This document shows, one piece after another, positions 30,296-40,580 of a DNA stretch of 64,000 nucleotides. The notes beneath the pieces are model-generated. The model saw only the letters and a list, made by a program, of their open reading frames with translations, was not told where the DNA came from and did not search any database. Numbering within the stretch: the stretch's first letter is position 1; every line of letters starts with the position of its first letter. Made by a program: the position numbers and the translations under genes. This DNA comes from Trichomonas gallinae (taxonomy: Eukaryota). The stretch spans positions 1 through 64,000 of the forward strand of contig MRSU01010726.1 in NCBI GenBank assembly GCA_008369845.1, read 5' to 3'.

Positions 30296-30318
30296 AAAAG
30301 GAAGGACCAAAACCGCCC
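30296..30318 (-). promoter_or_regulatory. M3 (GGCGGTT) plus M5 (CCTTT) core promoter of RPL34
   Basis: Minus strand reads GAGGGCGGTTTTGGTCCTTCCTTTTGATCTAAATG. The M3-M5 pair is the established Inr-independent T. vaginalis promoter, typical of ribosomal protein genes. Confidence 0.75.
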
Positions 30319-31941
30319 TCACTTTTATCGTCGAAGCGGTTTGTCATTTGTAAATTTACAATGTCATATTTGATTTGTCACTTTTATGAAATCTGACAAT
30401 CTGACGATGTAAAACCTCACTATTTGACAATTTCAACTCGATTAAAACAGATTTGCTCATTATATTTTATGACCATTCTATTTTTAATGAATTTGACCAT
30501 TTTTATAACATATTATTTTCATTCATTTTTCATTTTTAACATTGGAACTATGATGCTTTGTATATGATTATCTTATATTATCCACTATGATATTCTATAT
30601 GCTGTGAACATTATTATGATTCGATATAATTTGGTTTTTTTAAAAAATGCTTTTTGTTGATTTAAAATAATGAACTGGTCTTATATAATATTTGTACAGA
30701 TTGAATACACATAGAAATCAACATATATTTGATGATAACCTCGATGATTTCAGAAATGTAATTATAACATGTTCTGCAACAACTTACCATTATATACTAG
30801 TAGGGAATATGTATATTTTACCATGTTGATGGTAAATTTCAATGACGATCGAGTTATTGAGATTATTTTGGATAAATACGATTAATAGCGATGAAATATG
30901 CCATTATATTGATATACCCTTTGATACAGCGTTTGTGTATCAATTTCTAGTTGATAGCTTTCGCACAGACGCTGTATATCATCAACAGCAATAGATGTAA
31001 TAGATACATCCATACTATCCAAGTTCCAATCTAATCGATCATCATTTTCTCTAATTGCCAATGATCGAAAAATTGAACAATAGAAAAATCATTTTTACAT
31101 CGATTTTTCCATCATATCAAGGAAGAATCAAATTCATGAATTATACACATGGTGCAACGTTCAACATTATGAAGGACAACAAAATCCAAAGATTAAGAAA
31201 CTTTGAAAGACATTTGCTCTTCGATTTTAAACTAGTTATTGGGGCTGTATAATGAACTAATCTGCAATCAGTGATTGATGGACGAATTGCAAATTTTTCA
31301 CTAATTGATTGAAATTTAAGATTATCGATTAACACAGTGCATATACAGGTTATATATGACTGCATACACAAGTAAAGCAGTAATTTCTAAATGAAAGCCC
31401 CAAATAGATTCAAAAATTACTAATTTTTCTAGAATAAGTGATATGAACTTGCCATACATAGTCTATAGATTATTTGAGACGATCACATATCATCCAATTC
31501 AAAGTGATGGGCAAGTATGTTTTTTAGTTTGTAGTTTTTCTATTATAGGATGATAAAACACAGTCTATAACTTCTGTATACTATTTCCTAATTATACAAA
31601 TCATCTAAATCGTGAATTAAAACAGCAATTTGTTTCTGTGATCATAAATTTAAGATTAGAATATGAAACATTGCTTGTATGACATAGAAAATGTTATTGG
31701 AATGAATGTATAATTAAAACAAAGAATGAAAAAAAAAATTACTTGCAATTTGCGATTTTTATAAGAGAGAATGTAATATGGTGTCCTAAAGAAGCTGTGA
31801 ATTCTTCCGAATGACCTTAAATCAAACAAATCAAAATAAAAAAAAAATAAAAAAAAATTGAGAGATGTTTTCAAACAGCGGCTTTTTTGTGAAGAGGGTT
31901 TAATTCTTAAAACTCTCAAAAAAAGAATTATTTTTTTTATC

Positions 31942-32544
31942 ATGAGCCAATCTATTGATATTAGCAATAAGCGAAATCACCCCAAGGATCTTTTTACGCC
32001 AGAGGAGGACAAGAAGCTCATATCCATCATTTACTACTTGAAATTGTTTGATTGGAATTTAATATCACAGATGATGGGAAACAGAAACGCCAGGCAATGC
32101 AAAGATAGATGGTTCAAGTACTTGTCACCGAATGTCAATAATACGCCGTTTACATTACAAGAAGATATTTTGCTATTGGAAAAATATAACGAACTAGGGG
32201 CTAAATGGGTGCTCATCTCGAAATTCTTCAACAACAGACCCGATACGCGTATAAAATCTAGATTCATGCAGTTAAAGCGTCATAATTTAACAATTGATGC
32301 TTTAAAGTATCATTTAATGCATGGAAATCCAGTTAAGAAAACAAGAAGACAAAATATTACTAAATCGAATGACAAGAAGCCAATCTACCTTCAGCAAAAT
32401 CTTCAATATACAAATCAGCCGGTTTTAGCACAGAAAAGTGATAAAATCAATGTTTTGGAGCTATCTCAGTATGATAACTTCTGTGATATGGTTTCATTAA
32501 ACGATGTCCCAGAAGATTTTCATATCGAAGAGTTTTGTTTTTAA
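31942..32544 (+). CDS. R2R3 Myb DNA-binding protein
   Basis: FTPEEDKKL...WNLISQMMGNRNARQCKDRW..YLSP and FTLQEDILL...GAKWVLIS...RPDTRIKSRF. Confidence 0.92.
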   Translation: MSQSIDISNKRNHPKDLFTPEEDKKLISIIYYLKLFDWNLISQMMGNRNARQCKDRWFKYLSPNVNNTPFTLQEDILLLEKYNELGAKWVLISKFFNNRPDTRIKSRFMQLKRHNLTIDALKYHLMHGNPVKKTRRQNITKSNDKKPIYLQQNLQYTNQPVLAQKSDKINVLELSQYDNFCDMVSLNDVPEDFHIEEFCF

Positions 32545-32747
32545 TTAATAGATTACTTTTATATTATCATGACCAATACAGCTTATGTTTACATATTGTT
32601 ATATAAACACTTAAACATGCATTTTTCATTAATAATTTATTTGCAACTTTCAAGTATACTATTAATATTTATATTCAAATTCCCTATTAATGATGGTTTG
32701 TACAATTAGTATGCCAAAAAAGAATTAATAAACTAGAATTAATTCCA

Positions 32748-33281
32748 ATGATTAGAACATTCAAGAGAAACGGTCTCGATGTTACAGCAACATACTACAC
32801 CAAGCTTGACGCCGATTCACTCAAGTGAGCCTTGGATTTAACTGATCGCAACACGCATCAAGTTTACGAAGATTCGTGAGGCTGGAATGAGAACAAGAAA
32901 CTTGGCGAGCTTAAAGATAATGCAGCTAGATTCATCGTTATTAGACAAGGCCAGGATCTTTGAGGATTTTTGCATTTAAGATTCGAATTCGAAGATAACA
33001 TCTCACACACCTATATCTGGGAATTCCAGATTGAGCCAAAGTTCCAGCGCCACTGTCTCGGAAAGTACTTTCATCAAAGCGCTGAATTAATCAGAATGAA
33101 GATGGGAATCATCTGAGCTATGCTTAATGTCTTAAAGAACAATGAAGGCGCCTTCAACTTCTATAAGAAGAATAATTACAAATTACATCCTTTATCTCCA
33201 GGTATGGTTGACCCAGAAAATGTCAATGATTATTACCATGAGATCCTTGTCAAAGATATTTGCAAGAAACTGCAATTTTAA
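32748..33281 (+). pseudogene. NAA40/NatD-like GNAT N-acetyltransferase frame with four internal TGA codons
   Basis: Manual translation: MIRTFKRNGLDV...LK*ALDLTDRN...YEDS*GWNENKK...DL*GFLHLRFEFE...YIWEFQIEPKFQRHCLGK...II*AMLNVLKNNEGAFNFY...SPG...YHEILVK. Colinear with NAA40 motifs and without frameshifts. Confidence 0.85.
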
Positions 33282-33521
33282 ATAAAATAGAGATTAGATT
33301 CTATAAAATATTTATATTTTCACTAAAAAATATTTTAAAATCAATCAACTACACCTAAAAACATAAATGAATAGCTTAAAATGATTCAAATCAATTAAAT
33401 TAATTTTCAGATAAAAAATTATTTAATTTTGTATGTTTGAGTTATTAAATAGATACGAATTGGACAGAAGATAGACATATTGTTAGTATAAAAATACAAA
33501 ATATACTTTATAATACAAAAA

Positions 33522-34724
33522 TTATAATTGGCCTAGTTCGGCTTGTAATTCGCTGTATTCTGCTTCAAGCAAGTCTATATACATTCTTGATCGAGATGAT
33601 TTTTCTTCTGAATTCAAAGAATTAGATGTATTCTTGTAATGGCTCTCAAGAGTGTTCAATGAGTTAACTAATAACTCCTTTTGGCGAATCAACTCCTGTA
33701 AATAACTTTCTTCAGCGTTAGCAACACAAACTTCCTCTTCTGTAGGTGGAGCTTGCAAATCATGAAGTTCTGCAAGAGCAATTGCTCTGGCACGTACGCA
33801 GTTGCTGTCTTTGTCCTTGAATATCTTCAGGAATCTGTTTTGCAAGTCGTTAATTATTTTCTGATTTCCAACGCTATGATTTTTTTCTTGCTCAATCTGC
33901 TTTTTGATTAGCTTGATATTGCTTATTAGACTTCTTCTCTCTGATTCCCACGACTTAATCGAAGCTGCTGCTTGAACAGCGTTTTGACCTTGTTGTAGAT
34001 TCGTTTCTGCTTTGTTTTGCTTTTTCTTGATTGAAATTTTCAAGTCTTTTTCTGTTTGTAGTAAACTGGTTAACTCTTTTTGATAATCGCTTAATTGTTT
34101 TGTTAATTCTTGTATTTGCTTTTCAAGTTCTTCATTATCAACACTATGAGCGTTCACGTGTTCTTTGACAATTTGGGAATTTTCTGCGACTTGTATATAT
34201 GAGTTTTGCGTTGTTAAAAGCTGAGCATTTACATCTTGGAGATTATCTTTTGCTGCTTTTTCACGAGTAAGTTCAATATCATATCTTTCTTGTTCGCGTC
34301 TGTAGTTTTCTTTCAATCCCTGCTCTGCGTAACGAAGTTTTCCTAATTTTTCTTTTAATTGAGCGCGCAAAACAGTGGAAGCGTCCAACTGTCCCTCCTG
34401 GAAGACAAGCTGTGATTCAAGAGCCCTGTATAGCTTGAAGAATGTCCCTTCTTCAGGTATATCTGAAAACTCATCTTCTTGAGATTCGATGTTTGCTGTT
34501 CCGTAGGCTTCGATTTCTGCTTGGTACTCAGATATTTGGAATTCTAAGTCTTTGTTTTCGTTTTCGAGCTTTATTTTCCTATTTTCAAGAGCTTTAATTT
34601 GGAGATGAGCTGATTCTATGTCTGAATTCAAGTTTTCTTCGATAATTTTCTCTTCCTTTATACTGCGTTCCAGTTTGTCCTTGATTAAACCAACAATTGA
34701 AGAATCATTGTCATCATCTATCAT
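33522..34724 (-). CDS. Coiled-coil hypothetical protein
   Basis: E/K/Q/L heptad-rich ORF. First ATG at 34724. Confidence 0.75.
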   Translation of the reverse strand: MIDDDNDSSIVGLIKDKLERSIKEEKIIEENLNSDIESAHLQIKALENRKIKLENENKDLEFQISEYQAEIEAYGTANIESQEDEFSDIPEEGTFFKLYRALESQLVFQEGQLDASTVLRAQLKEKLGKLRYAEQGLKENYRREQERYDIELTREKAAKDNLQDVNAQLLTTQNSYIQVAENSQIVKEHVNAHSVDNEELEKQIQELTKQLSDYQKELTSLLQTEKDLKISIKKKQNKAETNLQQGQNAVQAAASIKSWESERRSLISNIKLIKKQIEQEKNHSVGNQKIINDLQNRFLKIFKDKDSNCVRARAIALAELHDLQAPPTEEEVCVANAEESYLQELIRQKELLVNSLNTLESHYKNTSNSLNSEEKSSRSRMYIDLLEAEYSELQAELGQL

Positions 34725-35009
34725 TGATGAATTTTTTGACACTTTTTTCTTAATAATAGGGGAGAACCTGGAGTCAGCCCCTAAATCAAATACCCTTATC
34801 ATCTCAACCCATTAAAACAACAAAATCTATAATAATAGTGTTATGAGTGAAAAGGGTTCATGAAAAGTGACAGTAAAAGTGACATGGTGTTTACACTTCT
34901 GACATGTAAAAAATAAAAAAAAAAAAAAAATCATAAAAAGTGAGGAAGCAAGATAAAAATTATGTCAGTATTATATTTATAGATTTGCGCATTTCGTTCG
35001 CTGCTAAAA

Positions 35010-35470
35010 AGTGAGAATTCGCACATCCCTACATAGTAAAAAAGTTATTAAAGAAATTTTTGCAAAAATTGAATTGAATTGAATGTGAAGGTAAATTTTT
35101 TGAATGAAAAAATTACATACCAATTTGCAAAAAGAATAGATATATTTAACAGCATCAAGATGTCCTTTTGATGATGCAAAAAGATACATGTGCAGCCATC
35201 TGAAACTTTGGCATCAATTGAGCATTCAATTGAAACAAAAAATTTGTTCATTTCAAGATCTCCTAAATCTGATACACATATGATTGCATCTCTTCCTAAT
35301 GCATCTTTAACAGTTGGATCAGCTCCTTGATAATATAAAGCTTCAACGATATCAAAATATCTAAATTTTGAATCATCAAGGATGCATTCACAATTGTTGT
35401 ACGCACGTAATGATTTCTGTGAGCATCCAGCTGATAACAAACATTTGACATAATGTGCTGCAATTAAAAT
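35010..35470 (-). pseudogene. Ankyrin-repeat gene relic
   Basis: Ankyrin fragments in two frames (VKCLLSAGC, IVEALYYQGADPTVKDALGRDAI, SIDAKVSDGCT | YLFASSKGHLDAVKYI) with a frameshift and degenerate motifs. Confidence 0.7.
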
Positions 35471-35592
35471 TTGCAAACATGTAGTCGTTTTGCGGGAGTT
35501 GTTTAAAAATAATTTACGTGTCAAAATTTTCGAGTGTCATATTTTGGCATGTAAATTGTAGTTGTCGAAAATAAATTTTTTTTACAAGTCAA

Positions 35593-36309
35593 ATGAGTGA
35601 GGAAGAAGATACAATCATTCTCAATGAAGAAGAAGATGGCAACAATGATGGCGATGAAATTGAAGTTGAATTGAATGAAGATGGTGAAAATGATATTAGA
35701 ATACCAGAAGGGGAAGAATACGTTCCAGAATATGCAGAAAATATTCCAGCTGTTGATGAAAAATTAGAAGAACTAAAGAGAAAATACAAACCACAAAACA
35801 GTGGCGAAACAAGACTTCTTCAAGACTTAAAATCAATTCAAGAAATTCCATTTGAAAATATAGGATTCACAGCAGAACCTTACAATGGCATGATTAATAC
35901 ATGGGAAATTAAATTTTCAAAATTCGATAAAAAAGATTCAATTTATCCAGATATTCAGGAATTAAAGAAGAGAACAGGCAAAGATTACATTCTTATGCGT
36001 ATTAGTTTCCCACCAGACTATCCATTGCGCCCACCATTTTTGCGTGTTGTTGAACCTAGATTCAAATACCAAACAGGAAGAATCACTTTAGGCGGTTCAA
36101 TTTGCGCTGATGTTTTAACTTTGGACGGATGGAACCCAACATATGATGTTTCATCCTTGCTTTCTAATATATTTGCTGAAATGTTTAATCAGAATCCAAG
36201 ACTTGACTTAACTAACATGACTCAGTATACAATAGACGAGGCTCGTCAAGCGTATTTCCGCGCCGCAGCAAATCATAATTGGAAGACAACTGATTGGTTG
36301 CCAAGATAA
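35593..36309 (+). CDS. Ubiquitin-conjugating enzyme E2, UBE2Q-like
   Basis: RLLQDL, FPPDYPLRPPFLRVVEPRF and GGSICADVLTLDGW (active-site Cys). Acidic N-terminal extension. Confidence 0.9.
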   Translation: MSEEEDTIILNEEEDGNNDGDEIEVELNEDGENDIRIPEGEEYVPEYAENIPAVDEKLEELKRKYKPQNSGETRLLQDLKSIQEIPFENIGFTAEPYNGMINTWEIKFSKFDKKDSIYPDIQELKKRTGKDYILMRISFPPDYPLRPPFLRVVEPRFKYQTGRITLGGSICADVLTLDGWNPTYDVSSLLSNIFAEMFNQNPRLDLTNMTQYTIDEARQAYFRAAANHNWKTTDWLPR

Positions 36310-36895
36310 AAAACTAATTCAAGTGTTTAAAATCATGATTAAAATATTAAATTTTTAGAAACTAAACGACAATAATGACTATTTCAATCAACTGTTTTAT
36401 TTAAATCTTCGATATCTTGTTCAAAATGAAACAAAACTTATGAGCATAATCACTATCCATGCTAAGGTTTAACTATAATGGAGTGAATCCATGAAATGCT
36501 ACTGATATTTTTCCAACAAAATAGCTAAGACAAAGTATGTTGTGGCAAAATGTACTCTACATGTAGAGTACATTTTTCCAACATTAGCATGGATTTTCAT
36601 TGGTTAAATCTTGAAAATTTTGAAAATTGCAAGTTAATTAACTGCAAGAAAGTTTTTAACTTCTTGATTCATGATCAGATGGTCATATATATGATATATC
36701 TTCTGTTTTCAAACTCTTAATGACAAGTTTATATTTATGAAAAATTTTTAGGAATTGATTATATGGAACATTAAAAAGTGTGATGGTATATGCCATACAT
36801 TGATATAAATATATACAAATTAATTGTATATTGTGAGAAATAACATTTTTATTATATGAGTTGCATTTTCGCACTTTTAAAAGATATTTAACAAG

Positions 36896-37561
36896 CTACT
36901 GTGCACTATTATAGGCCTGAGAAGCTTGTGACTCTTCCGAAACAATAATAGTAAATACGGTCAAAAATATCACATAGAAAACAATGAATATTGTTCCAAT
37001 TACGGAAAGAGTGTTAAATTTGTTAAGAACGGACTTCGTGAGAACCTCGCGAACCTTAGCAGCTCCCCCTGCATCATCACAAGCCGGATTAGCTTTGGTG
37101 CATGGTGCGGTGCAGTTAGATCCATCTGAGCAATTGCAATGAGACGCATTCCATGCACAAACCCCCATCGCTGCCAATAAAGAATCGATTTCAGATTTAT
37201 AAGCTGCTTCTTCATGTAACCTTGGAACAGTGTTATCAATGGAGCTATTCAAGTTTCTAGAAAATCCAAGAGAGCAGCAGTAAACAACAGCGAGAATACC
37301 AGTGAAGAAAGCATATGAGCCTTGCCAGCACTTATTGTAACGAATATTACCTGAAATACCAACTATCAATATAATGCATGTCATCATAAGTTGGACCTGG
37401 AGGCTTGGACTAAGGAGCCAGAAAACATAATCAGTCCAAACCATCTTTGGAACGGTTCGTGTAAGTAGTGCTGTCACTGTGATACAAGCTACGATCATTA
37501 CAACATTAATCGGGATCAGAATATAGCGAATTGTGCTTTGCTTCAACACAAGTTGCCACAT
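36896..37561 (-). CDS. Four-TM tetraspanin-like membrane protein with a Cys-rich loop
   Basis: Three N-terminal TM segments, a Cys-rich loop (VCAWNASHCNCSDGSNCTAPC) and a C-terminal TM. No canonical CCG. Confidence 0.65.
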   Translation of the reverse strand: MWQLVLKQSTIRYILIPINVVMIVACITVTALLTRTVPKMVWTDYVFWLLSPSLQVQLMMTCIILIVGISGNIRYNKCWQGSYAFFTGILAVVYCCSLGFSRNLNSSIDNTVPRLHEEAAYKSEIDSLLAAMGVCAWNASHCNCSDGSNCTAPCTKANPACDDAGGAAKVREVLTKSVLNKFNTLSVIGTIFIVFYVIFLTVFTIIVSEESQASQAYNSAQ

Positions 37562-39057
37562 CAAAAAAATAAATCGAAAAAGTGATAAACATTTGACAGC
37601 TGTTTCTTATAGTTTTTATATTTTTCGTATTACTATACGATTCTCATGCTTTTCTTCCTTTCTGTAACTTTTCCGGTTTCTCAGAAATAAGAAAACCTTA
37701 AAAACCTTATTGATATATTTTGCTTTTATAATCGTAATTTTTGAATTTTAACAAATCAAATTTCCATGATTTACGAGAGTGAAAGCATCAAATGTTATCC
37801 TAAAATAATAGCATATGATTGTCTAAAATAGTTTTGATTTTTATATTTGAATTGAAAATAATCGTTAGTTTTTTACAGAGGGTAGACACTAAATATTCTT
37901 TTAATTGAGAATAAACATTTGCTCATTTTTTTGTTTTAGAATAGGGATGTACATTTGGGAAATTTTAGAAGTCAAATAAGGAAATTTTACAATGTCAAAT
38001 TGTCAGATTTTTCTCTCAAAATTTGAAAGGATTACATTATTATAAGTTGGGAAAAAATTAGATGTCATGTAAAATTTAACGTGTCATAATTTTAAATCAG
38101 GGGGGAGTATTTAAGTGGTTTCTTCTATAATATATATATATATATCATACTACTTAAATACATATATCACTCAGCTTCCAATCAATACGCAAACTTGGAA
38201 AGATCAAAACCATATCTTGGCTTAGCTCACAGTTTAATCAAAAAACATTGCTGTTATGTTTGTTGTAGTTGTTATATATATATACTGTTCAAAGTGCGTG
38301 TTTATTATTATTCCAATATTTTGGGATAAAATTATATTTTTCTCCCTGAATATCAAAGATTTTTTTGTAATAATACGATAGCACTTGGTCTTATATGCCA
38401 GTGCATATGTCAACCGAGTGTGCAAATTTTCACTCAACTCTATACTAGTATAACCCTATGATGTTTCATTAGTCATGTCTGAAAAGTGACACTTTATTCA
38501 ATACTCATTGAATTATTCTATGAGAGTTATCAAATTTTTGGCCAGATACGGCTTTTGGAACGCAATTTATTTCACATCACATTTTTTTTTCAATTTTTTA
38601 TTTCATTTATTGATGTCAATCTATTGTTCTGTACCAAAATCAAATCTGACACGTAAACTTCGATTTATTTAGATTTCGAGCGAGATCAACAGAACTTGAT
38701 GCCACTTGCCTACAGCAAAGCGGCATGCTGTAATATGACACTTTGTTGCAGATAAGTGGCATTCGCTCTTACCTCGCACCATCTCTAAAGCCGGTACAAT
38801 TTTTTATTATTTTTTTCAAACTCTTTCACTCTATAGTTCAGTATAATATTTCACAACCATGCATGAAACTTATTCAAAAAGTGACAATATGGATGAGCCC
38901 TGTCATAATAAAGGCTGTTGTAAAAATAATACTCAAAAGTTATTAATTTTACACTCTGCCGCATAAAAATAAGAATGTCAAAAATTTTGTCACCTTTGCC
39001 CAAATTGTCACTTTTATTCGGGAAAAGTGCCATCCCAGGGCAACTAAAATTGCTTGG

Positions 39058-39204
39058 TCAGGTATGTATAGTGTAGAGGTTTTTGACTTGCTTGATTCTG
39101 TATATGTTTGTGAATGTGACTTTCTCGCGATTGACAGTGTCAAAAAGTTGTGAAATCAAAGGAATACAGTACTCGTTTGCGTATTTCGGTTTAGTAGTGA
39201 ACAT
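39058..39204 (-). pseudogene. Inverted 5' fragment paralogous to the neighbouring alpha/beta hydrolase
   Basis: Translates QLFDTVNREKVTFTNIYRIKQVKNLYT, compared with KLHDDVNCEKVTFTNRYGIKLVGDLYT in the 39297 gene. Confidence 0.8.
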
Positions 39205-39296
39205 TGATACAATCCTATAAAATAGAATTTTAAATTTGTAGTTCAAATGAAAAAAAATTAAAAATTGTATGGCTCACAAATTAAGTCACTTCATTT

Positions 39297-40265
39297 ATGC
39301 TTAACACTTCGAAGGATCATTACACATTCAAGCTCCACGATGACGTCAATTGCGAGAAGGTCACATTCACAAACAGATACGGAATCAAGTTAGTCGGAGA
39401 CCTCTACACGAAGAAGTCTCTGAACAAATCATCTAAGCACGCAGCACTCGCAATCTCAGGACCATTCGGCGCCGTCAGGCAGCAGTCATCTGGCCTGTAC
39501 GCGAACGAAATCGCTCACCTTGGCTTTGTCACACTCGCATTCGACCCATCGTACACAGGCGACTCAGCTGGTGAACCAAGGAACGTCGCATCGCCAGACA
39601 TCAACACAGAAGACTTCTCCGCTGCTGTCGATAAGCTCGGCCTCCTCAATTTCGTCGACAGGGAGAAGATCGGTGTCGTTGGAATCTGCGGCTTCGGTGG
39701 TTTCGCACTGAACGCAGCTGCAGTAGACAAGAGAATCAAGGCAGTCGTTACAGCAAGTTTGTACGACATGTCGCGCGTCAGTGCTAAGGGTTGGATGGAC
39801 TCAATGACTCTTGAGCAGAGGACTAAAGCGCTTGAAGACCTTTCTCTCCAGAGGTGGAAAGATGCCGAGAGTGGTGACTACGAATATGACCCAAGAATTC
39901 TCCCAGAGAAGTTGACGAAAGATGCAGACCCAATCACAACGACATTCTACAACTACTACAGGACAGAGAGAGGATACCACATCAACGCACTAAACTCGAA
40001 CGGATCATGGAGGAAGACATCAGCTTTCAGCTTCATGAACTTCCCAATACTCAAATTCGTCAAGGAAATATCACCTCGCCCAGCACTGATCATCGCTGGC
40101 GACAGAGCACACTCTAGGTACATGAGTGAGGACGTCTACAAAGAGGCAGCAGAGCCGAAGGAGCTCCTCATCATCAAAGACGCAGACCACTGCGACCTCT
40201 ATGACAACATGGGCAGAATCCCATTTGACAAGATCAAACAATTCTTCACAGCAAACTTGAAATAA
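39297..40265 (+). CDS. Bacterial-type alpha/beta hydrolase (YcjY/dienelactone-hydrolase-like)
   Basis: GPFGAVRQQSSGLYA, FDPSYTGDSAGEPR, GICGFGG nucleophile elbow (Cys), GDRAHSRY and HCDLYD. Inr TCACT upstream. Confidence 0.9.
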   Translation: MLNTSKDHYTFKLHDDVNCEKVTFTNRYGIKLVGDLYTKKSLNKSSKHAALAISGPFGAVRQQSSGLYANEIAHLGFVTLAFDPSYTGDSAGEPRNVASPDINTEDFSAAVDKLGLLNFVDREKIGVVGICGFGGFALNAAAVDKRIKAVVTASLYDMSRVSAKGWMDSMTLEQRTKALEDLSLQRWKDAESGDYEYDPRILPEKLTKDADPITTTFYNYYRTERGYHINALNSNGSWRKTSAFSFMNFPILKFVKEISPRPALIIAGDRAHSRYMSEDVYKEAAEPKELLIIKDADHCDLYDNMGRIPFDKIKQFFTANLK

Positions 40266-40580
40266 ATATATCTTTTGATATGTAGACAATACATATATAT
40301 AATTCTGATTTTTAATCATATTTCAGAATGCAATTCTAAAACAGGATCGAATTGATCCAAAATTATAATGTATGTTGAATAATTCATGACTGTATTCATC
40401 TTGACCTGCCAATTTGGTGTCCAGAACTTAGTAGTAACTGTATTTGGAGTATGCTTCGTCCATCAGAGTCATTCAATATAGATATTTTCATTGATACCGC
40501 TTTACGTGTCATAAAAAGCTATTATTTGTCGTGTAAATTCGTCATTTTTCGTGTAGCATTATCAAATCTCATATATATGA

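Noticed and set aside
29923..30396. 157-aa plus-strand ORF antisense to RPL34
   Set aside because: Shadow of a codon-biased gene with no recognisable protein features.
32748..33281. Genome-wide TGA-to-Trp/Cys code reassignment or a selenoprotein
   Set aside because: Neighbouring genes end normally on TGA (12671, 18456, 27128, 29540) and use TGG for Trp. No SECIS-like element was recognised downstream, and two of the TGAs sit at Trp rather than Cys positions.
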